Part shown: positions 45,628 to 58,464 of the stretch, piece after piece
Position numbering within the stretch: position 1 is the first letter of the stretch
Layout: the number at the start of each line of letters is the position of its first letter
NCBI RefSeq assembly: GCF_963921235.1
Contig: NC_086106.1
Span: forward strand, 17,422,001 to 17,486,000
Origin: Mobula hypostoma
Lineage: Eukaryota
Length of the DNA stretch: 64,000 nt
Direction of reading: 5' to 3'
Program-made: the position numbers and the translations under genes
Notes under the pieces: generated by a model
What the model saw: the letters and a program-made list of their open reading frames with translations, nothing else
Told to the model about the DNA's origin: nothing
Database searches by the model: none

Positions 45628-45950
45628 TCAGTACGATCATGGCTGATCATCCAACTCAGAACCCTGCACCTGCCTTCTCTCCATACCCCCGATCCCTTTA
45701 GCCACAAGGGCCATATCTAACTCCCTCTTAAATATAGCCAATGTACTGGCCTCAACTGTTTCCTGTGGCAGAGAATTGCACAGATTGCACAGAAGAAACA
45801 ACAGTGTTACAGAGCATAGTGGGAGGGGACGACTAGCTGCTGAGAGATGTGATTTGCAATGTGAAGTCACCATCAGCACCAAAGGGCCTGTTTTTTGTGC
45901 TGTACTTTGCTACGCCTCCAATCTATGAGCATAACAAATTTGCAGGTGCA

Positions 45951-46649
45951 GGAGGAGGTAAATGGGCAGGCGCTTGCCCCGGAGGGGGATTAGTGGGAAA
46001 GGACAAATGAGGAGGGAAGCAGAGGGGGGCGTTGAGCTGCAAACGCCCTGGGTAGGGAGGAGGTAAATGGGCAGGCGCTTGCCCCGGAGGGGGATAGTGG
46101 GAAAGGACGAATGAGGAGGGAAGCAGAGGGGGGCGTTGAGCTGCAAATGCCCCGGGTAGGGAGGAGGTAAATGGGCAGGCGCTTGCCCCGGAGGGGGATA
46201 GTGGGAAAGGACGAATGAGGAGGGAAGCAGAGGGGGGCGTTGAGCTGCAAATGCCCCGGGTAGGGAGGAGGTAAATGGGCAGGCGCTTGCCCCGGAGGGG
46301 GATAGTGGGAAAGGACGAATGAGGAGGGAAGCAGAGGGGGGCGTTGAGCTGCAAACGCCCCGGGTAGGGAGGAGGTAAATGGGCAGGCGCTTGCCCCGGA
46401 GGGGGATAGTGGGAAAGGACAAATGAGGAGGGAAGCAGAGGGGGGCGTTGAGCTGCAAACGCCCCGGGTAGGGAGGAGGTAAATGGGCAGGCGCTTGCCC
46501 CGGAGGGGGATAGTGGGAAAGGACAAATGAGGAGGGAAGCAGAGGGGGGCGTTGAGCTGCAAACGCCCCGGGTAGGGAGGAGGTAAATGGGCAGGCGCTT
46601 GCCCCGGAGGGGGATAGTGGGAAAGGACGAATGAGGAGGGAAGCAGAGG
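45951..46649. repeat. 104-bp G-rich tandem repeat, 6.7 units
   Basis: GGAGGAGGTAAATGG recurs at 45951, 46056, 46160, 46264, 46368, 46472 and 46576. Confidence 0.95.
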
Positions 46650-46664
46650 TACGGTGCTCGGATC

Positions 46665-47170
46665 CTTCTGAAGATGGCGGAGTGATACCGCCCACCGGCT
46701 CATTGACAAACTGAGGGCTGAGTCCTCCCGGTGCCCGGATTGGCGAAAACCACTGTCAATCATAAACGGGGTATCGAACGTCACAATGTGGGGCGGGCTT
46801 TGTGGTCACGTGAACGATCGGGTCGGCCAACGGGCGGCGGCGGCGCCTGGCTCACGGTTACGCGGCCCATCACCTCTTCGGTGGGTGTTTTCGCACGGAT
46901 TCCCTCCACCAGTCCCCGTTGCCGATGCCCGGCCGCCGTCTACATAGGCGCCGGGGGTTGTTTATAATGGAGCGGGGAGTCGGGGAGCTGTACAGTAGAG
47001 CATGCGCAGTGCGTTCGGCAGCTCTTAAGTCACGTGGTGTGCAGGATTTTGGCTGATCAGATAGAGCTATTTATGGCGCGTGGGGCATTGTGGGAAAAGT
47101 GTCCGCCATTCTCGTTCTGCGGAAAATTGAAACGCAAATCGTCAAGATTTCTGCAGATTAAACTTTGATT
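46665..47170 (+). promoter_or_regulatory. Promoter module, unit E
   Basis: AAGATGGCGG, GATTGG, ACGTCAC, GGGGCGGGC, GGTCACGTG, GAGCATGCGCAGT, GTCACGTG, GCTGATCAGATAGAGC, GCATTGTGGGAA (47085) and CCGCCATT. Confidence 0.8.
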
Positions 47171-47674
47171 TCAGATCCTAACGTAATCTTACCGCCTGCA
47201 TTTACTTCCTCACCCATTTTTAATATTGTAGCCTTTGAGGAGAGTACAGAAATATAAAATCGCTGGACTTCAAGCAAGCTGGGTGAAAAAAGCAATTAGT
47301 TTTTGGTTGCAGAGTTTTGGGAGTTGGAACCAAGTGATAGTAGGTGCGACCTTTGGCACAATGATTCAGATTCTAACAAAATATGTGTAAAAGATTTTGT
47401 ATGCAATCCATGCCATACTTAATGTGGTAAAACAGTATTTTGAATTACAGTTATGGAGAAAGGTTGTAAAGTGTACTGCCTTGAACCTGTCTTTGATAAG
47501 TCTTCTGTTTGCATTTTCAGGTATCACTGACTCGCTTTGTATGACCTTCTCCAGACCAGTGTCACATAACTTAAGTAATGCTATGGATTATTGAAAGTTA
47601 AGCGACATATTCACACCAGGATCTTGCAGAGTGACTTGGAGTATCAGGATCTGTCTGACAGTGTATATCGAGCG

Positions 47675-48586
47675 ATGGAAGGAAAGCCCCATGACATCCC
47701 TGTGGACACACTGGCCTCCGTGGATGTGCAGAAGAGCAGTCGGGAGGGCCTGTTGTCCTGTACACTGTGCGGGAAGGTGTTTGCCTACCAGTCCGTCCTG
47801 CGCCGCCACTTGCAAGGCCACAGTGATGACCGGCCCTTTAGGTGTGAAGAGTGTGGCAAGGCCTACAAGAGTGGCCAGGACCTCCTGCAGCACCAGCGGA
47901 TGCACAACAGGGAGAAGAGCGTCACCTGCCCCGAGTGCAGCAAGGTCTTCATCCGCTTCTCGCACTTGGAGGCGCACCTGCGCACCCACACCGGCGAGCG
48001 GCCCTTCTCCTGCCCTGACTGCGGCAAAGCCTTCCAGCAGTCCTCGAACCTGCAGAGGCACCAGCGCACCCACACCTGCGAGCGGCCCTTCTCCTGCCCC
48101 GACTGCGGCAAGGCCTTCCACCAGTCCTCGAACCTGCAGAGGCACCGGCGCAACCACAGTTGCCTGCGGCCCTTCTCCTGCCCCGACTGCGGCAAGGCCT
48201 TCGTCCAGTCTGCCCAACTAGCGGAGCACCAGAGGGTTCACACTGGAGAGAAGCCCTTCACCTGCCCCGTGTGTAGGAAGAGTTTTGCCCGGTCATCAGA
48301 GCTCCACGTCCACCGGCGGACCCACACGGGGGAGAGGCCCTACGCCTGCCCCGACTGCGGGAAGAGGTTCAGCACGACTTCAATCTTGCTGAAACACCGG
48401 CAGGTCCACAGCGAGGAGCGGCCCTTCCCCTGCCCCGACTGCGGCAAGGCCTTCAAGAGCCCCGTGCACCTGAAGCAGCACCACGTGATCCACACCGGGG
48501 AGAGGCCCTTCTCCTGCCCCGTCTGCGGGAGGTGCTTCACTTGGTCGTGGCAACTGCAGAACCACCGGCAGACGCACGTGGAGTAG
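47675..48586 (+). CDS. C2H2 zinc-finger protein, 303 aa, 10 fingers (unit E)
   Basis: The ATG at 47675 (GCGATGG) is homologous to the C, D and F starts; acceptor TTTTCAG at 47520. Confidence 0.92.
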   Translation: MEGKPHDIPVDTLASVDVQKSSREGLLSCTLCGKVFAYQSVLRRHLQGHSDDRPFRCEECGKAYKSGQDLLQHQRMHNREKSVTCPECSKVFIRFSHLEAHLRTHTGERPFSCPDCGKAFQQSSNLQRHQRTHTCERPFSCPDCGKAFHQSSNLQRHRRNHSCLRPFSCPDCGKAFVQSAQLAEHQRVHTGEKPFTCPVCRKSFARSSELHVHRRTHTGERPYACPDCGKRFSTTSILLKHRQVHSEERPFPCPDCGKAFKSPVHLKQHHVIHTGERPFSCPVCGRCFTWSWQLQNHRQTHVE

Positions 48587-49227
48587 AGAAGCTACACGTG
48601 TCCCGGCGGGGGGGTGGTGGGAGCTTCACTTGTTCCTGCCATCTCCTTCACAGCAGCAGACGCGCCCTGACAAGTAGGGGGAGCGTGGTCTGCCTATGGG
48701 GTGCGTCTGCTTCCACCCCTCCCTCGGGCGCCACCTATACTGTATCTGTGAGTGTGTTTTTTGTGTCTCTCTGTGGAGATTGCGTGCTCTCCCTGCAACC
48801 CTGTGGAATTCCCACAGCTGCTCCAGTTTCCTCCCATGTCCCACAGAGAAAAGTTGCTCCCGAGTGCGTCAGTTATTTCACATATTTTATATCTCAGTAG
48901 TATTTGAGCATTACTGCAAATATATCATTTGATTGACCATTCCTTGTTGGTTTACGGGTAGTTTTTAAAAATACCTGCATTCACATGCCACGACCTTCCC
49001 ACGTGATCTGTGTGCACCTTGAGGGGTCAAAGAGCTTCAGGAAAGTTGCGAGCATTCGGCTTTTGCAAGTAGAAAGAACCAGAATCTACTCTGCGCGCAT
49101 TGAGGTTATTGCATGAACTTCAAGGGGGAGACAAAAAGCTGCTTGTAAAAGTAGATGCAAAGACCGAAGCCCAGCTGGGTGAATGGAAGGCCAGAAAGAA
49201 AGGAGAAATTAAAACAGCGGATCCATC

Positions 49228-49900
49228 AGATTAGATTATGAGAACACTCAGTCCTCTTTTATTGTCATTTAGAAATGCATGTGTGCATTAAGAAATGATA
49301 CAATGTTCCTCCAGTGATATCACAGAAAACAGGACAGACCAAAGACTTAACACTAACAAAACCACATAGTTATAACGTATAGTTACAGCAGTGCAAAGCA
49401 ATACCATAATTTGATAAAGAACAGACCATAGGCACTGTTAAAAAAAAAGTCTCAAAGTCCCGAGTCGATCGAGTCCCTGATAGCAGGCGGCAAAAGGGAG
49501 AAACTCCCTGCCATAAACCTCCAGGCACTGTCAACTTGCCAATGCCTTGGAAGCAGCCGACCCCAGCTGACCCTGAGTCCATCTGTCCGAAAACTCTGAG
49601 CTTCCGAGCAGCCTCTCCGATACAGCCTCCCGAGCGCCATCCTCTGCCGAGCATCTTCGACCTCTCCCCGGCCGCTGAAACACTCAAAGCCGAGGATTTC
49701 GGGGCCTTCAGCTCCGGAGATTCCGGTTACCACACAGTAGCAGAGCAGACATTTCAGAAGTTTTCCAGATGTACCGCTGTGCTTTCACGTCCGTCTCCAT
49801 CAAATCAGGATTGTGCACGGTCCCCAACTTGACAGATAACAGATATTCATCACCGAAGTGGCTCCATGCACTGTCGTTACACCACCATCTCTCCCTCCTC
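49228..49900 (-). repeat. Dispersed non-autonomous retro-repeat
   Basis: The tail AGATTAGATTATGAG..CAGTCCTCTTTTATTGTC is the reverse complement of 33620-33730. Confidence 0.55.
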
Positions 49901-50795
49901 CCGGGAGAATGTTGTGAATGAGGAAACCAAGAGGAGAGATCAGAGTGTAAAGGGAGCAATAGAAAGAACAATAAAAGAATACTCCAGTTACTTAATTCAC
50001 CTTCCCAAGGTGAAATTGCACAAACTAGAAAGGAGAAAAAGGAAAAGAAAGAGGGGATGACAAATGGAAGAGGATAAACGAGAGTGAATTTCTTGGGAAA
50101 TTAGCAAATTCAGGGACGTTCACAAACTGGAGGAAAAAGTAAGAAGGGGAGAAACAGAATGACCAAAGTTGAAAAGGAGAGAAGAGACAGAGTGAGTGAG
50201 AAAGAGAAGGAAGGAAGGAAGGTAACGGGCAGGATAAAGAGAGAAAAAAGTAGCTCTGACCGGGAGAGAAGTGAGGATTGAAGTAGATCCGGTGAGAAAA
50301 GGAGAAGAAACATGTTCGAAGGTTTCCGAGTCAGCTGCTACAGCCATCACAGCGGAGGCCGCAGGACCTGAAATTGTTTTACAGCCACAAGTCTCACCTG
50401 TCAAGGTGACCGCCCCCCGCCACCCCGGTCAGGAAAGACGTTATCCCACAAGAGTAAGAAACCCCCCACAGTGATTAAACCTTTTAAGTATGAAAGGAAC
50501 TATTTAAAAATTGACTCTGCTGTGGATACCTGTGTCGTTGAGATCCGTTCTATGTTGAGTTTATAGCTAAGCAGGGAGGAGTGTTGTGTATTTAGTATTT
50601 GAGTGATGTTGTAAGTATATTGTTTGATTAAGCATTCTTTGTTTAAATAACTCATTAAAAATGAATGAATTGCGTGCATCGTGTCACTGCCAAGGGACGT
50701 GCGGGCGCCTCACTGAAAGTAAAACCTGACGTTAGACCCGGCTTCCCGGCTCCGTCTCTTTCTTGCAATTAGATTTATGTTTGGGAGTTTCAAAA
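49900..50795 (+). mobile_element. Gypsy-like LTR retrotransposon remnant (pol end, PPT, LTR)
   Basis: ERRYPTRVRNPPQ*LNL integrase-terminal motif; purine tract AAGCAGGGAGGAG followed by TGTTGTG at 50582. Confidence 0.6.
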
Positions 50796-51399
50796 GATGT
50801 CGGTTCAGGGCCAGAGTCTGTGGTTGGGGAGTTGAAGAGGATGTGATGCCAGGGTATTGTCCGTATCCCTCCGTTCCCTGCCTAAGACACCCAAGGTTGT
50901 CTTCAACTCCTCTATTGTATCTTCCATCAACATCACCATCGAGACACCTGCCAGTTTGTTAAAAAAAAATTCAAAACCTTTCCCCTTACATCTCATTCGA
51001 ACTTATCCCCTCTCCCCTTAACTCCGTGGCCTCTCGTACTAAACACTTTCATCCTGTGACAAAGAAACATACTGGCTGTCTATATCTCTCATAATCTTAT
51101 AAACTTCTATCAGGTCTTAAACACAAGAGATTCCGCAGATGCTGGAAATCCAGAACGACACACAAAATGCTGGAGGAACTCAGCGGGCCAGGCAGCATCT
51201 GTGGAGATCAATAAACAGTCGACGTTCCGGGCCGAGACCCCTCATCAGGACTGGAAAAGAAGGGGAGGACGCTGGAGTAAAAAGGTGGGGGGAGGGGATG
51301 GAGGACAAACTAGATTCAGGAAGGTGATAGGTGACGAGAGGTGGGTGGAAGGGTCGAGGGGCTGGAGGAGGAATCTGATAGGACAGGAGAGTGGACCGT

Positions 51400-54300
51400 A
51401 AGATATAGGAGCAGTATGAGGCCATTCAGCCCATTGAGTCTGCTCCGCCATTCCATCGTGGCTGATCCTGGATCCCCACACCCTTGCCTTCTCATCGTCT
51501 CCCTTGATGACCAATCAAGAAACGATCAACTTCGGCCTTAAATATATCCACGGATTTAGCCTCCACTGCAGTCTGTGGCAGAGCATTCCACAGATTTACT
51601 ACCCTTTGGCTAAAAGAATTCCTCTGCCCCTGAATTTTGAGGCTGTGCCCTCTTGTTCTGGATACCCCCACCATAGGGAACATCCTCTCCACATCCACCC
51701 TATCTAGTCCTTTCAACATTCAGTAGGTTTCAATGAGATCCACCCTCGTTCTTCTGAAACCAAGCCCAAAGCTGCCAAACACTCCTCGTGTTAACCGCTT
51801 CGTTCCTGGAATCATCCTCGTGAACCTCCTCTGGACTCTCCAATGACAACACATCCTTTCTGAGATTTGGAGCACAAAACTGTTGACAGTACTCTAGTGC
51901 AGCCTGAACAGTGTCTTGTAAAGCCTCACCACCATCACCTCCTTGCTTTTATATTCTATTCCCCTCGAAATAAACGCCAACATTACATTTGCCTTCTTTA
52001 CCACACATGCATCCTATAAATTAACCTTCTGGAAGTCTTGCATGAGGACTCCTAAGTCCCTCTGCACCTCTGATGTTTGAACCTTCTCCTTATTTAGATA
52101 ATAGTCCGCACTATTGTTCCTTTTACCAAAATGCATCATCATACATTTCCCAGCCCTGTATTCCATCTGCCACTTTTTTGCCCATTCTTACAATTTGTCT
52201 TTCGTCCTGCTGCAGTCGCGTCACTTCCTCAGCACCACCTACCCCTTCACCTATCTTTGTATCATCCACAAACTTTGCTACAAAGCCATAAATTCCATTA
52301 ACTAAATCATTGACAAACAATGTGAAAAGCAGTGTTCCCAATACTGACCCGTGAGGAACCCCGCTAGTCACTGAAAGCCAAACAGAAAAGGCCCCCTTTA
52401 TTCCCACTCGCTGCCTCCTGCCTGTCAGCTATTCCTCTATCCATGCCTGTATCTTTCCTGTAACACTGTAGGATTTTGTGGCAGCTTATCAAACACCTTC
52501 TGAACATCCAAGTAAGTGACATCCACTGCCTCTCCTTTTGTCCACCTGCTTGTTACTTCCTCGAAGTAATAGATTTGTCAGGCACAATTTTCCTTTACAT
52601 AAACCATGCCGACTTTGACTCATTTTGTCATTAGTCTCCAAGTACCTCGAAACCTCGTCCTTAATAATAGACTCCAACACTTTCACAACCATTGAGGTTG
52701 GGCTAACTGGCTTACAATTTCCTTTCTTTTGCCTTCCTCCCTTCTTAAAGAATGGAGTGACATTTGCAACCTCCCAGTATCTCAGGACCTTGCCAGAATC
52801 AAGTGATTCTTGAAGGATCATGACCAATGCGTCCATTATCTCTTCGGTAATCTCTCTCAGGACACTGGAATGTAGTCCATCTGGATCAGGTGACTCACCC
52901 ATCTTAGGACCTTTGAGATTGCCCTCACACTTTTCCCTTTGTAATAGCACTCCTGCTCTCTGACACTCACGGACCTCTGGCACACTGCTGGTGTCTTCCA
53001 CAGTGAAGACTGATGTAAAGTACCCATTATGATCCTCTACTATTTCTTTTTCCCCCATTACTACCTCACCAGCATTATTTTTCTGTGATCCTATATCAAC
53101 TCTCGCCTCCCTTTTACTCTTTATATAACTGAAAAAACTCTTCATATCCTGCTTTATATCATTGGCTAGTTTGCCCTCATATTTCATCTTTTCCCTTATA
53201 GTTTTTTTAGTTGCCTTTTGTTGGATTTTAAAAACTTCCCAATCATCAAACATCTCATTCACTTTTGCTACCTTATGTGCCCTTTCCTTGGCTTTTCTGC
53301 AGTCCTTAACTTCCTTTTTCAGTCCCAGTTGCCTTCCCCTGCCATTTGAGAACTTCTTCCTCTGTGGGACATATCTATCCTGCATCTTGTGAACTATTCC
53401 CAGAAACTTCAGCCACCTCTGCTCTGCCGTCATCCCTGCCAGTATCCTCCTCCAATCCACCTGGGCAAGCTCCTCTCTCACCCCTCTGTAATTCCCTTTA
53501 TTCCATTGCAATACCAATACACGTGAGTTATGCTTCTCCCTCTCAAACTGCAGTATGAATTCAATCATATTATGATCACTGCCTCCTAAGGGTTCCTCTA
53601 CATTAAGCTCCCTAATAACATCTGGGTTATTACACAACACCCAGTCTAAGGTAGCCTTTCCCCTAGTAGGCTTGAGCATAAACTACTCTAAAAAGCCATC
53701 TCATGGGCACTCGACAATTTCCTATCTTACGATCTGACACCAACCTGATATTTCCAATGCTCTTGCATACTGAACTCCCCAATTACAATTGTGTCATTAC
53801 CCTTATTACATGCCTTTTCCAGCTCCCTTTGCAATCTCAACCCCACACCTAGGCTGCTATTTGGAGGCCTAAATATGCATAATGCTTTTATTACCCTTGC
53901 AGTTTCTTAACTCTACCCATAAAGATTGGACATTCTCTGATCCTAGAACCACACCACTGCCTATGCCTTCCTGCCTGTCCTTTCAATACAAAGTATATCC
54001 TTTGATCTTTGTTGGTGCACGGCCAAGTGGTTAAGGTGTTTGTCTAGTGATTTGAAGGTCACTAGTTCGAGCCTTGGCTGAGGCAGCGTGTTGTGTTCTT
54101 GAGCAAGGCACTTAACCACACATTGCTCTGTGACGACACTGGTGCCAAGCTGTATGGGTCCTCATGCCCTTCCCTTGGACAACATCGGTGGCATGGAGAG
54201 GGGAGACTTGCAGAATGGGCAACTGCCGGTCTTCCACACAACCTTGCCCAGGCCTGCGCCCTGGAAACCTTCCAAGGCGCAAATCCATGGTCTCACGAGA

Positions 54301-54960
54301 CTAACGGATGCCTATAAAATATCCTTTGATGTTAAGCTCCCAAATATGGCCTTCTTTCAGCCACGACTCAGTGATGCCCACAACGTTATACTGACCAATC
54401 TGTAATTGCACCACAAGTTCATCCACCTTATTCCGAATGCTACGCACATTTAAACACAGCAGCTTCAGTCCTGCATTCTTTGCTCTGTCTGCATTTGTAA
54501 GCAATCATGGGCTTGTCCTTCCATACGTTCATGTTACACCCATCCTCTATTTGTGACCCTGCTGGCTCATCTTCAGCTCTATCATACTGGTCCCCATCCC
54601 CCTGCCATATTAGTTTAAACCACTCCCAACAGCTCTAATAAATCAGTCCTCAAGAATATTGGGCCCCCTTGGGTTCAAGTGTAAACCGTCCCTTTTGTAA
54701 AGGTCACACCTGCCCTGGAAGAGGTCCCAATTATCCAGAAATCTGAATCCCTGCCCCCTGCTCCAATCCCTCAGCTACGCACTTATCCTCCACCTCATTC
54801 TATTCCCGTACTCATTGTCACGCAATCCCGAGATTACGGCCCTTGAAATCCTGCTTCTCAGCTTCCTACCTAGCTCCCTGTGTTCTGTTTTCAGGACCTC
54901 CTCCCTTTTTCTTCCTATGTCGTTGGTACCGGTATGTACTATGACTTCTGGCTGCTCACC
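51400..54960 (-). mobile_element. CR1 LINE, most of ORF2, degenerate
   Basis: 396-aa ORF 52489..53679 (ATLDWVLCN, GGSDHNMIEF, VANVTPFFKKG); GVPHGSVLG, KFVDDTKIG and the APE start LNVRSIRNKVDEL. Confidence 0.9.
54010..54315 (+). mobile_element. tRNA-derived CORE-like SINE inserted in the CR1
   Basis: GGCCAAGTGG / AGTTCGAGCC boxes; same family as 25573-25860. Confidence 0.8.
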
Positions 54961-56084
54961 ATGGGAGAAAGGGAAGAAGGAGGGGCCTCTGGAGGAGGTG
55001 ACAGGCAGGCGAAGAGGTCAGAGGTCAGAGTGGGGAATAGAAGAAGACGGATGGGGGAGGGGAGAAAAGAAAAATATGAAAGTGACCAGAAGGAGAAATC
55101 AAGGTTCATTTATTATCAAAGCACGTTTACTATATATGAGCTTGAGATTAGTTTCCTTACAGGCAGCCACAAAACAAAGAAACACATTATTACCCATTTT
55201 AAAGAAGTCTGTCAGAGACCCAAAGTGCAGAAGTTGTGACAGTGAGTTCACAGCTACAAAGCCAGGCGTCACTGCAGCGGCCCTGGGGGCCCGGTAGTTT
55301 CAGGCGCAGAAGCCAGTAAGCCTCACGGAGCAGCGAGCTGAACCAGCCGTCCCTCGCCTCGCCTCCCGGGGTTAAATCGTACAAACCTCAGGTCGTTCCT
55401 GGCTCTCAGAATCCCTCTGCCTCATCTCGGTTCTGCCGCTGTGACTCGCCTCCAGCAGTGGCCAAACATGGGCTCATTCCTGGCTCTCGGGCCTGGGCCT
55501 CGCTGCCTCGATTCGGCCTGTACCCACCGCGCAGCAACCATCGTGACTTCGGTTCACGTGGCAATGATGGCAGGTCGTAGGGGAGGTTCAGAAGCTCAAC
55601 TCCGAAAGGACGGTAACTGGCTGTTTATTGCAGTGATTGTTTTCCAGAAAAAAAAGTGTGATTAATAAATTCGCAGTTTTCTTCGTTCTGTTTACTACCA
55701 AGCGAGTAGTCACTGGGCTTCACCAGGGCCATCTTAAATCAGCGCTCACGCCATCGGGTTGGAGGCTACCCAGACGGAAGATGAGGTGCTGCTCCTCCAC
55801 CCTGAGGGTGGCCTCATCCTGTCAGAAGAGGAGGCCGTGGACTGACAGGCTGGAATGGGAATGTGAGAGGAATTAAAATGTTTCACCACTGGGATATTCC
55901 TCTTTTGGTGGATGGAGCAGAGGTGTTTGACAAAGTGGCCCCCCAACATAGAGGCGACGGCTGGGGAGCACCGGACCGAATAGACGACCCCAACTGATTC
56001 ACAGGCAAAGTGTTGCCCCGAACGGAAGTGAATGGATGGGTGTGTCATCTCTCTGGCTTGTGGGATATATATTTGTTTATTGTT

Positions 56085-56312
56085 ATTTTATTTATTGAGA
56101 TACAGTTTGGAATGGGCCCTTCCAGCCCTCCGGGACGTCCTGTCCAGCAATCCCCCCGATTTAATCCTGGCCTCATCACGGGACAATCTACAACGACGAA
56201 TGAGTCTACCGATCAGAGCTTCGCTGGATGGTGGGAGGAAACCAGAGCACCTGGAGGAAACCCACGCGGTCACCCGGGAGAACGTACAAACTCCGGTGGC
56301 GGGAACTGAACC
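56085..56312 (-). mobile_element. V-SINE fragment
   Basis: Reverse strand GGAGTTTGTACGTTCTCCC...GTGGGTTTCCTCCAGGTGCTCTGGTTTCCTCCCAC. Confidence 0.7.
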
Positions 56313-57129
56313 CGCGTCTCCCCTTGGCCTCAGCCACTCCAGGAGAAGGCAGCACATTTGTCCGGTCGCACGTGCCTTCAAATCCAGGCTGCATCCTGGT
56401 GAACCACTTCAGCACCCCCGACAAGCCCCCTACACCCTCCTCGTAGAGGGTGAAAAGAACTGCAGTCCGAGGTTTCGGATATGAACTCCAGGACTGGCTG
56501 ATACGTTCCGGGCTGGGATACTCTGGGACCCGGAGGGTGGGAGAGGTGTTAGTGGTGGGAGGGGCTGTGGAGATAGCCTCGGACAGTGGCGTTTTGTAAA
56601 TGTTAGATACAGGAGGAGGCGGAATTCTGGGTCGTATTTTAATGCTGTTGCAAAAATGAACAACTTTCTTTCAAATACAGTCTGCTTATTACAACTTGTT
56701 CATCAACAACTCGTTGGTACGTTATTTTAGTTTATAAGAGTTGTACTTGCATTTGGACGTCCTTTGTAGTTTGCAAATCATTTGTAATTCAGAACTGTTT
56801 TATAAATCAGAAATCCTCTGTGACTATTAAATGCTTTTTGTCTAAATTTAAAAGTGTATAATGAGAAGTAAAATAAACTCTGGTTAAACTACTTCATTAG
56901 CTGGAAGTATCTTCCTCGTTGGTAGGGAGGGGGATCCCAGCACTCGAGCAGTGGGTATTGGCAGCTGGACGAGACAGGCAAGTAAGCTTGTCCTTCTGAA
57001 AGCAGTATCGTCTCCCTATAGCGAGGGCACCCTTGGGTGTCTATATCAGGCTTAAAACCTTTTGAGTTTAGGACTAGGTGAAAGGGAATCCAACAGCATC
57101 ACACGAGAACAAAGCAGCACCACCAGGAC

Positions 57130-57440
57130 CACTGATGGGTGAGTCCAGAACCAGAGGCCACAGTTTAAGAATTAGGGGTAGGCCATTTAGAACGGAGTTG
57201 AGGAAAAACTTTTTCACCCAGAGAGTGGTGGATGTATGGAATGCTCTGCCCCAGAAGGCTGTGGAGGCCAAGTCTCTGGATGCTCTCAAGAAAGAGCTCT
57301 TAAAGATAGTGGAATCAAAGGTTATGGGGAGAAGGCAGGAACTGGATGGATACTGATTGTGGATGATCAGCCATTATCACAGTGAATGGTGGTGCTGGCT
57401 CGAAGGGCCGAATGGCCTACTCCTGCACCTATTGTCTGTT
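57130..57440 (+). mobile_element. CR1 3' tail
   Basis: SRTRGHSLRIRGRPFRTELRKNFFTQRVV. Confidence 0.82.
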
Positions 57441-57999
57441 GAAAAGGGATATGAATGAAGGGATTGGTTCCGGAGTCTTTCCACCGCCCCAGGAAGTGAC
57501 GGACTTTTTGATCACGGCATCAAAGTCTGGTTTCTTGTCACTGACATATGATTTGTGGCAGCAGTACAGTACAAGACATCAACGTCACCCCAGGTGACGA
57601 TAAAATGAAATGAACAGTGCCACAGCAGAGCAGAGTTGCTGCGTGGGTGGGCCGCTCAGAAATGTGAGCCGATGGTAGTAACGAGAAAAGGGCACGTCCC
57701 GGATGGTGAGACTCATCAGCAGGGGAGGCTGCTGGTGACGCGGGCGCCGGTGCCAACCATCTCCACTGGCGAGGACGCGGCTGCGTTCACCCTCTCCCTC
57801 CCTCAGTCCAGGACTCAGCTCTCGCATCCCGCTCGGGTTCGGGGCCACATGACATGAAGAAGCCACTGGTTCTAGTTATGCTCTTTCTTTAAAGAAATAG
57901 TGAGCAATTTATGCTTCGTTTCCATTTCTTCTGAACGCTGTCTTTATGCTGCAAGTAAGATTTTCACTGCCCCTGTGTGCACATAAATTAAATTAAATT

Positions 58000-58310
58000 A
58001 AAGGCATCCATTAGTCTTGCGAGACCATGGATCTGCACCTGGAAAGTCTTCACTCTCCAGGGCGCAGGCCTGGGCAAGGATGTATGGAAGACCAGCAGTT
58101 GCCCATGCTGCAAGTCTCCCCTCTCCGTGACACCAATGTTGTCCAAGGGAAGGGCATTAGGACCCATACAGCTTGGCACCAGTGTCATCGCAGAGCAATG
58201 TGTGGTTAAGTGCCTTGCTCAAGGACACATCACGCTGCCTCGGCTGGGGCTTGAACTCACGACCTTCAGGTCACTAGTCCAATGCCTTAACCACCTGGCC
58301 ACGTGCCCAC
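58000..58310 (-). mobile_element. tRNA-derived CORE-like SINE
   Basis: Same family as 25573-25860. Confidence 0.8.
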
Positions 58311-58464
58311 ACAGACTTGTGATTATGACAGCAAACCCAACTTTGTTCGAAGTAAATTTATTATCAAAGTACCATATCTACCGTGAGATCTTTTTTCTAG
58401 TGGGAATTCTCAGAAAATACAAAGAAAAACACAACAGAATTAATGAAAAACCACGCAAACAACC

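Larger units (their letters stand above)
51118..56030 (-). mobile_element. Penelope-like remnant fragmented by a CR1 and other insertions
   Basis: Pieces at 51118-51400, 54960-55100 and 55745-56030 (HFACESVGVVYSVRCS...). The hammerhead at 51216-51253 has perfect stem I CAGTC/GACTG but GAAA changed to GGAA. Confidence 0.7.

Noticed and set aside
45910-46784. Repetitive 143-264-aa ORFs, or a CRISPR-like reading of the 104-bp array
   Set aside because: Pure tandem repeat with no unique spacers, in a eukaryotic context with no cas genes.
47591-47674. N-terminal extension of E from a TTG start
   Set aside because: Paralogs have stops in this stretch; the homologous ATG is at 47675.
52489-53679. 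396-aa ORF as a host gene
   Set aside because: Segment of a CR1 ORF2 with frameshifts on both sides.
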